A stretch of 64,000 nt of DNA from the NCBI GenBank assembly GCA_048937405.1, contig JBHLNF010000008.1, positions 64,001 through 128,000 on the forward strand, read 5' to 3'. Origin of the DNA: Promethearchaeota archaeon (GTDB lineage Archaea; Asgardarchaeota; Lokiarchaeia; Sigyniarchaeales; SOKP01). Within the stretch, counting starts at the first letter, position 1. Each line of letters begins with the position of its first letter. The notes below the pieces were generated by a model, which was not told the DNA's origin, did not search any database, and was given only the letters and a program-made list of their open reading frames with translations. The translations under genes and the position numbers were made by a program. This document shows, in pieces, positions 28,323-37,835 of this stretch.

Positions 28323-30131
28323 ATGGATTTATTACCCAAAGTATTTAGAACTGAAGGAAATATAGCTGAATTTGATCCAAACAAAATTTTTGAAAGTATT
28401 ATAAAAGAGACTAACATAAATGATGCAGATGCAAAAAATATAACAGAATCAGTAGTAAGGAGAATAATTAGTTCGGGCATTAAATTTCTTTCCGGACCGC
28501 ATATAAGAGAAATAGTTTGTTCAATCCTTTCAGAACAACATTTTGAAGAAGAACGTAAATTGTACACTAGGATAGGAATGCCTTTAATGGATTATGAAGC
28601 ATTACTTGAGAAAAAATCAGGAATAAGACTAAATAAGTGGATTAATCCAGAAAAAATTAATCATTGGTCTGCAAACCAAATAGCTGAAGAGTATACTCAC
28701 TTAAGAATTCTTAGTAATGAAGAATCTAAAGCTCATTTGTATGGTGATATTCATATTAATGGACTAAGTTATTTTGATCTTAGACCATTCACTCAAATAT
28801 GGGATCCTCGATTAATTTTATATGGTGGATTTCCTCCCATTGACAATCTTAATGGCTTTATTAAACAAGAACCACCAAAAAAACTCAGTTCAATCCTTTC
28901 TCAACTATTCAAATGGCTTGAAACTGTTATGAATGAATTTTATGGAAATCAAGATCTCAATCTAATTTCTCTTTTTTTAGCTCCATATGTAACTAGCATA
29001 TCTGAAGAAAAAATAAAGAAAGAAATTCGAAAATTTATCTATGGGATAAATTTATTGCCAATTATTAAAGGACGTGAAATTTTATCAACAAGAATTACTT
29101 CCAGTGCTTCGATCCCTGAAAGCTTTTCAAAACTTATTGCTCTAAATCCCAATGAAAGCATAAATCGTAATTATTCAGATTACAATAGCGATTGTTTAAA
29201 TATTCTTAAGGCATTTATTTTTGTTTTTAAGGAAATTAGTAAAAATCGTATTAATTTTCCATCTCTTAACTTTCAAATCTTACTAGATGATAACTCTATT
29301 GATAATCTAGAACGAAATTATAGTGAATTCTGGGATGATATTAAAACGTATAAAGGTAGCACTTCAATCGATTTTTGTTTTAATTCGTCTATTAATAGAG
29401 ATATTAAAAAATTAGCTCAGAATGATATATATAACGTTGGTATACTTCAGAATATAAGTCTAAATCTACCTAGATATGCCTATATTAGTCAAGATGAAAC
29501 AAAATTTTTTGAATTATTACGTGAGAAAGTAATGCTAAGTTCTGAGGTTTTATTAAAAAAATTTCATATGATTGAAAAAAGATTAAAATTAAAACATTTA
29601 CCTTGTTGTTGTGGCATTATTGATAAAAAGCCATTGTTTAGGTTGGAAAATCAAGACCTTTCATTTAGTTTAGTTGGGTTGAACGAGTCTATCAAAATCT
29701 TAACAAATTATGAACTTCATGAACATATAGATGCAATTAACTTTGGTTTAAGGATATTAAATGAATTGAATAATCTATGTATAGAACTAACTGAAGCAGT
29801 TGGAAAAAATTATGCAATAAGTGAGAATAGTTCATTAAAAGCTATAAATAGATTTACTAGATTAGATCGAAAACATTTTTCAAGTTTATTAAAATATTTA
29901 ACGGAAGATTTAACTTATCAATATTCAAATTCAATTCACTTTCGGAAAGACATTGAGGTTGAATTATTCAAACGTGTGGAGGTTCAAGGCAATTTCCATC
30001 GTTTCATTAAAAATGGAGCAATTGAAAATATTTCATTGTATGATCTTGAATTAAATGCTTTATCTATTCATGAATTCATCAATATAATTAGTAAAAAATC
30101 AAGAATTTCAAGCATAAATTTTTCTTCTTAA
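28323..30131 (+). CDS. ATP-cone + degenerate class III ribonucleotide reductase (NrdD-like) core; probable pseudo-enzyme
   Basis: ATP cone (FDPNKI...SGPHIREIVC), AHLYGDIHI, SLNLPRYA, GLNE, YSNS; no catalytic Cys loop, Zn site or RxxGY glycyl loop. Confidence 0.78.
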   Translation: MDLLPKVFRTEGNIAEFDPNKIFESIIKETNINDADAKNITESVVRRIISSGIKFLSGPHIREIVCSILSEQHFEEERKLYTRIGMPLMDYEALLEKKSGIRLNKWINPEKINHWSANQIAEEYTHLRILSNEESKAHLYGDIHINGLSYFDLRPFTQIWDPRLILYGGFPPIDNLNGFIKQEPPKKLSSILSQLFKWLETVMNEFYGNQDLNLISLFLAPYVTSISEEKIKKEIRKFIYGINLLPIIKGREILSTRITSSASIPESFSKLIALNPNESINRNYSDYNSDCLNILKAFIFVFKEISKNRINFPSLNFQILLDDNSIDNLERNYSEFWDDIKTYKGSTSIDFCFNSSINRDIKKLAQNDIYNVGILQNISLNLPRYAYISQDETKFFELLREKVMLSSEVLLKKFHMIEKRLKLKHLPCCCGIIDKKPLFRLENQDLSFSLVGLNESIKILTNYELHEHIDAINFGLRILNELNNLCIELTEAVGKNYAISENSSLKAINRFTRLDRKHFSSLLKYLTEDLTYQYSNSIHFRKDIEVELFKRVEVQGNFHRFIKNGAIENISLYDLELNALSIHEFINIISKKSRISSINFSS

Positions 30132-30291
30132 AAGGATCGGATATTTCTGATTTTTGGTAAAAAAAGTATTTAATAAGAATAATTATTTTGATTATATTGA
30201 AGTATTATTATGATATTAATATATATTAAAATAAATGATAATTTATACTTTGGATAGTTTAAGATCTTTCTGATAAATTAATGGGGATTGT

Positions 30292-31755
30292 TTGACAAAA
30301 TCAAAAGATAAACAAAATCAAGAAAAATTGCCTGAGGAAAAAACCACAGGGCCTAAATCAGATATTATTAAGGTTATTGTTTTAAGTATTTTTGATGAGA
30401 ATGGTCCTACTCCAAGAATATATTGGCCTCAGGATTTAGAAGATCAAGCAGGACTATTGATTGCTATGAAAACCATTAGTTTATTAATGGGTGATGCTAC
30501 ATATCAAGATGGGACGGATGTTGAAGGAATCAATTATTTTGGAATATTACCTTTTCCAGATTTAAAATTAAATGGTTTAACTTATTTTTTCTTAATTCCC
30601 GATGATACTGCTCGCGGAAAAGCCTTAGCGGCAACAATAACTATTTTAATTAATGAAGAAAATAAAGTGTTTTTCTATGAAAACATGAAATATCTTAGAA
30701 TTATAATGGATAAAGCTGCTACTCAAATTCAGAACAATCAGCAATTTAGTGAAAGAGAAATCATTATGGAAAAATTCCGAGAGGAAATCTTTGAATTTGC
30801 CAGTGAAGTAAAAGATCCTTATTCTACTAAAAGACACATTAAAGTTCTTCTTGCAGGATTAGATAAAGCGGGTAAGACAAGTTTTATGTATGGGATTAGG
30901 AGGAAATATTCCGAAATTATTAAATCTATGCCAACAAAAGGCGTTGAAAGATCTGAAGAAAATATCTTTGAAGAACAGAATACTGCTATTACGATTTGGG
31001 ATTTAGGTGGACAAAAACAATATCGGGAAAGATATCTTGAACAAAGCAAAATGTATTTGTATAATATTGATCTTATGTTCTTCTTTATCGATATTCAAGA
31101 TGTGGAAAGAATAGATGAAGCATTAAACTTATTCAAAAAGATTTTAAAAACAATAATAGAATTAGATGAATTCCCTCCTATTGTTGTTTGCTTAAATAAA
31201 TTTGACCCAGACCTTAAGGGTTCAAAAGAAATTTTTAAAAATTTAGAAATAATTGCTGATGCAATTAAAGAAAATTCAGACAAATTCTTTATTAAAATTT
31301 TTCAGACTAGTATTTTTGATCACTGGAGTCTAATTTCAGCCTATTCTTTTGGATTGTCTCAATTAAGTCCCAATCGAGAATTATTCAGAAATCAATTGAA
31401 AAAATTTGCAAAAAAAACAAATTCAGATGCTATATTACTATTAAATGAAAATGGGATTATTTTATCAAATTATTCTAAATCGGAAATTTCTGGAAAAGTA
31501 TTCGAAGTGAGTGCCCCTCACTTTCAATCACTTTACAAGAATTTTAAAGAATTTAAATTGTTAGAACAAGATTTTATCGTTTCATCTGGGATTTCTGATA
31601 AGTCTAAAAAAGTAATCTTTAAAAGAATAACCGTTGAAAAATATAATTTGTATTTACTTTTATTCTTAGAAAAATCACTTGAAATTGATAAAATAGAAAA
31701 AAATTTACCTGATTTTTCAAAAAACTTGATTGATTTAATCCATACTTATATTTAG
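30292..31755 (+). CDS. FLCN-like longin domain + Rag/Arf-like GTPase + roadblock domain protein
   Basis: IFDENGPTP, FFLIPDDTARG; GLDKAGKTS, WDLGGQ, NKFD, TSIFD; DAILLLNENGIILSN. Paralogue of 19262..20767. Confidence 0.85.
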   Translation: MTKSKDKQNQEKLPEEKTTGPKSDIIKVIVLSIFDENGPTPRIYWPQDLEDQAGLLIAMKTISLLMGDATYQDGTDVEGINYFGILPFPDLKLNGLTYFFLIPDDTARGKALAATITILINEENKVFFYENMKYLRIIMDKAATQIQNNQQFSEREIIMEKFREEIFEFASEVKDPYSTKRHIKVLLAGLDKAGKTSFMYGIRRKYSEIIKSMPTKGVERSEENIFEEQNTAITIWDLGGQKQYRERYLEQSKMYLYNIDLMFFFIDIQDVERIDEALNLFKKILKTIIELDEFPPIVVCLNKFDPDLKGSKEIFKNLEIIADAIKENSDKFFIKIFQTSIFDHWSLISAYSFGLSQLSPNRELFRNQLKKFAKKTNSDAILLLNENGIILSNYSKSEISGKVFEVSAPHFQSLYKNFKEFKLLEQDFIVSSGISDKSKKVIFKRITVEKYNLYLLLFLEKSLEIDKIEKNLPDFSKNLIDLIHTYI

Positions 31756-31778
31756 ATTAAAAAAAAATATAAAATAGG

Positions 31779-33056
31779 TTAATAAGAAAAAATCTTTTTT
31801 TTACTTCCCTTTCTTAATGACAAGATAATTGCTAGCAAAATTACACTTGATCCTATAACTATAAAAATTACTACAAATATAGGAATTGGAGGGGAACTTG
31901 TAAGATCTGTTTCTAAGACCGTTATTTCAATAGAATATTGCCAGTCATAAGCATGGTGATCTGCGCATATGGGGGAAGGATTAATTGGAAACTCAGAAGT
32001 ACGATCATAAGGGGGTGTTGCACCAGGCACGAAAAACCATGCTCCAATATTCATATTAAATCTAAATAGATCTATTCGATTAAAATAACCTTGTCCCCAG
32101 GTTGGATCACAAGCAATCCATCCAATTTTAGGCACATAATATTCAACCCATGCATGACCGAGAATCTTTTTAGAAGAAAATGTAGACATAGTTAAACCAT
32201 TAAAATTGATATCAAAACTATATTGATCACCTATTTTAGGTCTAAGTGAAGTGTTATTTGTTATTAAAAAACCAGTTACCTTCCTTGCGGGAATACTTTG
32301 AATTCTCAAAAGTGTAATCATTAAGTCAGAAAAATCTGAGCAATCTCCTACTCCTTGATTATATGCTTCTAACGCCCCAATCTCTTCATCTTGTTTTTTA
32401 TATTCAATATTATTAACAATCCAATTGAAAATACCTTGAGCTTTCTCTACAGGAGTATCCGTAGGATTAACAATACTATTTGAGAGTTCTACTAAGCTAG
32501 GATTATCGCATTCATAGAATATTTCTGTGGTATTATATAGTGTAAAGATTTCATCTCCAAAATCATAAACTCCTATATCTTCACTTTGAATGTCATTAAA
32601 TTTAATTTCATTAAGGGTAATATTATATTTTTGATTTAAAGTTAATCTTTCATATCTACTTAATGTTGTATTAAATATATCATAAGAATTATTGAATTTA
32701 TCTAGAACTCCTTTATTTATTTCATCATACCCAGTAATATTATTAAATAAAATTTCACATTCTTGATAAGGAGGACAATATTTGGTTAAAATTGAGTTCG
32801 GTTGACGATCATTCAATCTTGCTACTTTAAAGGTGTAAAACTGAGGTAAAATTCTATTGTGGATCATTGTAAAATTAATTACAACCTCATATTTCACATT
32901 CTGTATTACATCGAATTTAGATACTCCATAGTCAAGTGTGGATAATTGGGGATATATATCTATGGTATTAAAATAATTTATTGAGATTATTCCCATAGGA
33001 TTTATTGAAGAAACAATGAATAAGCATAAGAAAATTACAGATGGTTTTGTCTTCAT
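31779..33056 (-). CDS. Membrane-anchored transglutaminase-like domain protein
   Basis: Triad GDCSDFS / HAWVEYY / CDPTW; signal peptide and C-terminal TM followed by basic residues. Confidence 0.88.
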   Translation of the reverse strand: MKTKPSVIFLCLFIVSSINPMGIISINYFNTIDIYPQLSTLDYGVSKFDVIQNVKYEVVINFTMIHNRILPQFYTFKVARLNDRQPNSILTKYCPPYQECEILFNNITGYDEINKGVLDKFNNSYDIFNTTLSRYERLTLNQKYNITLNEIKFNDIQSEDIGVYDFGDEIFTLYNTTEIFYECDNPSLVELSNSIVNPTDTPVEKAQGIFNWIVNNIEYKKQDEEIGALEAYNQGVGDCSDFSDLMITLLRIQSIPARKVTGFLITNNTSLRPKIGDQYSFDINFNGLTMSTFSSKKILGHAWVEYYVPKIGWIACDPTWGQGYFNRIDLFRFNMNIGAWFFVPGATPPYDRTSEFPINPSPICADHHAYDWQYSIEITVLETDLTSSPPIPIFVVIFIVIGSSVILLAIILSLRKGSKKKIFSY

Positions 33057-33153
33057 AATAAAATCATAGAACTTAGAAATTTTTATATTAGAAATATAAA
33101 TTTCTATTTTTAATTTTAACTATTTTAAAATAGTAAAGTAATGATTCATAAGC

Positions 33154-33840
33154 ATGAAGTTTTTTATTTTTTATATATATAAAAAATTCTATTTTTTCAG
33201 GAATTTGATTTATAAGATTTATTTAATTGATGCTGACAATGGAATATCACTTTATGAATCAACATTTAAAAAATTAGAAAGGATTCAAGATGAAATCCTA
33301 ACTGGTTTTTTTAAGGCAATAAATACGACTATAGATGTGATCCAAGAGTCTATGTCTAAAGGAAGAAGAGTAAATGAGATGAATAGGGTTTTACAATCAG
33401 AAGATTCTACGATATTTATTTACTACCACCCTTTATCAAGAATTCTTTTCTGCTCAATTTCTGATGCGGATGATGATACAGGAAAAATTGAAGAAATTAT
33501 TCACAAAATAGCAAATCGTTTTTGGAAAAAACATCAATCTGACCTTAAAAACTTCAGAACGACAACAGATAAAAGCAGATTTCATACATTAATCGTTGAT
33601 ATTGAAAATTTAACAATTGGAGGACGCATAGCAGAAGTATTTCCTAAATTAGTAATTGTTAAAAAAGTATTAGAAAAAGTGTTAACTATGGGAATGATAA
33701 ATGATTTTGATTTTAAGGTTGCTATACAATGCACAGGAAAAAACTCACCTCTAAAAATCTCTAGAAATTTAAGCAAAAAGCGTACAGAAATAAACGAAGT
33801 TCTGAAGAAATTAGAAGAATTAGATATTATTAAGATCTAA
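33154..33840 (+). CDS. Soluble longin-like domain + winged-helix protein
   Basis: KIYLIDADNGISLY...ILTGFFKAI longin pattern; C-terminal SPLKISRNL...EINEVLKKLEELDII wHTH-like. The start may be later than annotated. Confidence 0.6.
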   Translation: MKFFIFYIYKKFYFFRNLIYKIYLIDADNGISLYESTFKKLERIQDEILTGFFKAINTTIDVIQESMSKGRRVNEMNRVLQSEDSTIFIYYHPLSRILFCSISDADDDTGKIEEIIHKIANRFWKKHQSDLKNFRTTTDKSRFHTLIVDIENLTIGGRIAEVFPKLVIVKKVLEKVLTMGMINDFDFKVAIQCTGKNSPLKISRNLSKKRTEINEVLKKLEELDIIKI

Positions 33841-33987
33841 TTTAACTATTAATTTCAGTAAATTGATAGATATATGAAATGGTGATTTATTAATTTCAAG
33901 ACTGTGTAGTAAGAGAAATAGAAAAGAATAAAAATTTTGATATTTTTTCAAGATTAAATAAGATAATTTTAAAATCATTGAAAAATC

Positions 33988-34587
33988 ATGGAAAAAGAAC
34001 CTTCGCTTATAGCTTTAGTTAATAGTCCTGCCAAAGATGCTCATAAAAGAAATGGTTCAGGATTTTCTTTAAAAGAAATTAAAGATGCTGGAAAGAATGT
34101 TCAATCATTAATGAAGTTGAATATTAAAATTGATTACTTTCGAAAATCTGCATATGCTACAAATATTGAGACCTTAAAATCATTAAAAATACCAACTGAA
34201 AAAAGCAAGAAAAAGAAACCTTTTGTTATGAAAGAAAAGAAGAAAACTCCATTTAAACCTAAAGTAAAAAAGCCAAAAACAGTAACTAAAAAACCAATTG
34301 AAAAAAAGTCAAAAATAACTACAGCTAAGTTCACTACTAAACCCAAAATGAAAGAAGAGAAAAAACCTCCTAAATTAGAAAAAATTTCATCTGGACCAGT
34401 GGGGACTCCATTAACAGAATTATCTGGATTAGGTGGTGCAACAGCAAAAAAATTTATCGAACTTGGAGTTAATAATGTAGAAGATTTGTGTAAAGAAAAT
34501 CCTGAAGAATTAGCAACTTTAATTAAGGGAGTTTCTTTGGATAGATTAAAAAAATGGATTGATGAAGGAAATAAGCTGATAAAATAA
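33988..34587 (+). CDS. Ribosomal protein eL13-like domain fused via a Lys-rich linker to a helix-hairpin-helix domain
   Basis: GSGFSLKEIKDAG...IDYFRKS...NIETLK (L13e pattern); LTELSGLGGATAKKF...IKGVS (HhH). Confidence 0.72.
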   Translation: MEKEPSLIALVNSPAKDAHKRNGSGFSLKEIKDAGKNVQSLMKLNIKIDYFRKSAYATNIETLKSLKIPTEKSKKKKPFVMKEKKKTPFKPKVKKPKTVTKKPIEKKSKITTAKFTTKPKMKEEKKPPKLEKISSGPVGTPLTELSGLGGATAKKFIELGVNNVEDLCKENPEELATLIKGVSLDRLKKWIDEGNKLIK

Positions 34588-34732
34588 CAATCTTATATTT
34601 TTATATTTACCTTTTTAGTGAATTTGAAATTACCCTAATGCTATTTTATTATTACTCAAATTTTTTAAACTATTAATATATTTTAAAAGTAATTTTATTT
34701 TCTTAAATAAAAAAATATAAGAGAGAAAGTAT

Positions 34733-35227
34733 ATGGAATATAATTATTTCGTATATAACAAACCAGAATGTAGAATAATAATTAATAGAATGCCAAAATG
34801 GTTTACAGAGATAGAATATAACGGAGATGAGAATCAAGGTACCATTATATTATACTCTCAAAATGAATATGATGAAATCTGGGGTCCAGAATCTAAAATG
34901 GAGATAAATTGGGAAAAAAAAGATAGAATGAACTTATTTTATTACAAAGAAGTCCAAAATTCTATAGATGTTTATAATGCGATTGGAATTGTTGTTACAG
35001 AAAAAAATAGAGATTGGTTAAGGAGCCATGAGATAACATTTTGGTATGGGCATCGAAATAAAATGATTAGAAAAAGATTTTACCATGAAAATGGAATACA
35101 TTGTGTTTTTTATTGTGATATAACTGAAAGATTATTCAATTTTCATACAGCAATAATTGGGGATCTTTATGAGAATTATAAACCATATATTATAAACTCT
35201 TATAATTCTATAGTTTGCCATGATTAA
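34733..35227 (+). CDS. Hypothetical protein
   Basis: Clean 164-aa ORF with protein-like composition; no motif recognised. Confidence 0.6.
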   Translation: MEYNYFVYNKPECRIIINRMPKWFTEIEYNGDENQGTIILYSQNEYDEIWGPESKMEINWEKKDRMNLFYYKEVQNSIDVYNAIGIVVTEKNRDWLRSHEITFWYGHRNKMIRKRFYHENGIHCVFYCDITERLFNFHTAIIGDLYENYKPYIINSYNSIVCHD

Positions 35228-35967
35228 ACAGATTTACGAGCTAAAATAAAGAAGTTATCTTTTTCTGTAGGCCCTCCTGTTAGTTTGAATTCAATAATAT
35301 TAAAAACCTTCAATAATTTTTTAAGTTCACGCTTAGAAAAGAAATGATAAAACCTATTATATTTTTCTTGTTCTTTTGAAAGAGTCCAAGGAATATATTT
35401 ATCACCAAATTCCTCCAAACCAATTATATTCTGCTGTTTTTTATAATTAATACTAAAGTTTCTTCTAAACCATTCTAAGAAAAAATAATTTCTAAATCTT
35501 TTTTGCCACTTACGCCAAACAGTTAGGATTAGATTACCATTTTTTTTTAATGAAGCATATATTTGAAAAATTGTATTTTTTCTTATATTATTCCTTTTTA
35601 TATGATGTAAGGAAGCTATTGAAAAAACATTGTGAATGGAATTATCTCTGAAAGGAAGATTTGTAATATCTCCTAACAAAAGCTGGATAAAATTTGCTTC
35701 ATATTGGGAATATTGATCAGAATTTTTTAAAATAAATTTAGCTATTTTTAAAAATTCAAGAGAGATATCCAATCCAATTAATTTATTGGGAGGTGTAATC
35801 ATTAATTTAAAATTTCTACCATGAGCACATCCCAAATCTAAAGAGAGTCCCTTAAAAACATATCCCTTATTTTTTAAGTGTCCGAGAAAAAAAATTAGTG
35901 GACGCCATGGTTTTTTTCGTTTTAAATGGTAATCTTGTGCTATTTTATTAAAAGGTAATTTCTCCAT
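35224..35967 (-). CDS. Class I SAM-dependent methyltransferase, Trm9/ALKBH8-like
   Basis: LDLGCAHGRN, SIASLHHI, LTVW, IPW, RFYHFFSKREL. Confidence 0.75.
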   Translation of the reverse strand: MEKLPFNKIAQDYHLKRKKPWRPLIFFLGHLKNKGYVFKGLSLDLGCAHGRNFKLMITPPNKLIGLDISLEFLKIAKFILKNSDQYSQYEANFIQLLLGDITNLPFRDNSIHNVFSIASLHHIKRNNIRKNTIFQIYASLKKNGNLILTVWRKWQKRFRNYFFLEWFRRNFSINYKKQQNIIGLEEFGDKYIPWTLSKEQEKYNRFYHFFSKRELKKLLKVFNIIEFKLTGGPTEKDNFFILARKSV

Positions 35968-36194
35968 AAAAAATTCAATTTAATAGATGGAATTTTTAAT
36001 TATGAATTTTCCATCCTGAAATATATCGTTGTTCTAATAAATAATCTAGATTATTATTAGAATTTATTAATGAATTAAATCACTTTCAAATAATAAAGAT
36101 TGTCAACAAGGAAAAACATAAATATATAAAAAAATAATTAATTAGAAAAATAATTTTCAATATATTTATTAGATTATTTCAAAGAAATTAATTT

Positions 36195-37835
36195 ATGAAG
36201 GATATCACGAACATTCTAACGGATTTTTTTAGAATAATGAGAGATGATATTTTAGAATACTATCATCGAAGTCATTCTTATTTAAAAGATCTAATAATGT
36301 ATAAAAAAATTGATTTAAATAAAACAACGGAAAACGAACGTGAAAAGAATTTAATTTCAAATTTAAGAAAAATGTTAAAAGCTATTAAAACTGGTTTAAA
36401 CACAATCGGTGTATCAATTGATAAGTTAAATGAGTGTCAAAATGATTTCATGGAATCTTTAAACGAGAATAGAGCAAAAATTCAAGATTATAATTCCTAT
36501 TTCGAAATGTATTTAATGAAATACGTGAATAAGATATTATTTGATATATTAATTGATTATCTTCTTGAAATGGATACTAAAAAATTGGAGAATGTAAATA
36601 TTTTTGATCTCTTACCTCCATTTTTTATTTCAAATCTAAATGAGTTCAAAAAGAAATGGTTTAATACTCCAGAGATAATTAATCTCTTTAAACAACAAAA
36701 TCTTGATAATTATATTAATTTTAAAGATTTAACTCTCAAATCTGAAGAATCTACAGAAATTGATATATTAAAGCAATTAAAACAAGCGAAACGAGATATT
36801 ATTGAGACTTTAAAAACACCTAAAACAGAATTAAATAAATTTTCAAAAGAACCTAGGGAAGAAAAGTTGATCTTTAAAGAGAAAACTTTTCCAAGTACAT
36901 TAAAAGTTCCCTCAAATCAAGATTTATATACAGATTTTATGAGTAATACATTTCTTGATTATTTTGGACAATTTTCACCAATCAATATTGACATTATTAA
37001 TCGTTTTAATATTAAAAAAGTCAATTTAATCAAATTTAGAGATTTTAGAAAAGAATATTTTGATCTAGAAAATTTATATCATTATATTTCAATTCTAAGA
37101 ATGCTAAATATCAGAGTTCCATTTACTGAGAGAGAAATAATAGAAATTGTTAAAAATTTTATAAATGAAAAGATTTTTAGTTCCTCAAAAGAAAATGTTC
37201 CAGATCCTAAAAATATATTTTATGGTTTAGCTCTATTTTTAGAATTAAATTTGCTAAGCAACACAGATCTTATAGATCTTCAAAAAATTGAAGAATTCCT
37301 GAAATTAGAATTAAGAAATTTTATTCCGGAAAAATTAGAATTAAATCTATATTCAGTATTATGCTTAAAACTCTTAGGAAAAAACCATAAAATTTCATTC
37401 AATAAAAATTCAATTCTAGAATTACTATTAAAAATAAATATAGTAACCCTTGAAAATTTTTTACCATGTTTAGACATTTATAATTATTTAGCTTTGCTTA
37501 GGTTGTTAGATAAAAATTTGAATCTAATACAATTCAAATCATTGTATACTAATGAAATAAAGAAGCTCTTAACTCCTAATGGTTCAATTAATGATTTGAT
37601 AACTGATTCAGCAAAAGCTTTACTAATATTTGATTTATTAAAACTAAAAGAAAAAGAAGTAGAAATATCTGGTAAATTATTAAATTACATATCAAAGACA
37701 ACAGATTTTTTTAATATCGAAAATCTTGATAAAAAATTTAATTGGACAAATGATAAATTAGGTTTTAAGGTTGAGTTAGAAATATTATATTGGGCTTTAT
37801 TGGGGTATTCACAATATATCTCGAAAACTAATTAA
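36195..37835 (+). CDS. Hypothetical, largely helical protein
   Basis: 546-aa ORF; the C-terminal half shows weak helical-repeat character (YGLA/YSVL/YWAL). Confidence 0.6.
   Translation: MKDITNILTDFFRIMRDDILEYYHRSHSYLKDLIMYKKIDLNKTTENEREKNLISNLRKMLKAIKTGLNTIGVSIDKLNECQNDFMESLNENRAKIQDYNSYFEMYLMKYVNKILFDILIDYLLEMDTKKLENVNIFDLLPPFFISNLNEFKKKWFNTPEIINLFKQQNLDNYINFKDLTLKSEESTEIDILKQLKQAKRDIIETLKTPKTELNKFSKEPREEKLIFKEKTFPSTLKVPSNQDLYTDFMSNTFLDYFGQFSPINIDIINRFNIKKVNLIKFRDFRKEYFDLENLYHYISILRMLNIRVPFTEREIIEIVKNFINEKIFSSSKENVPDPKNIFYGLALFLELNLLSNTDLIDLQKIEEFLKLELRNFIPEKLELNLYSVLCLKLLGKNHKISFNKNSILELLLKINIVTLENFLPCLDIYNYLALLRLLDKNLNLIQFKSLYTNEIKKLLTPNGSINDLITDSAKALLIFDLLKLKEKEVEISGKLLNYISKTTDFFNIENLDKKFNWTNDKLGFKVELEILYWALLGYSQYISKTN

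Noticed and set aside
30130-30150. Out-of-frame KRIGYF just after the NrdD-like stop as a frameshifted glycyl loop
   Set aside because: Spacing does not fit RxxGY and the intervening Zn domain is absent; probably chance.
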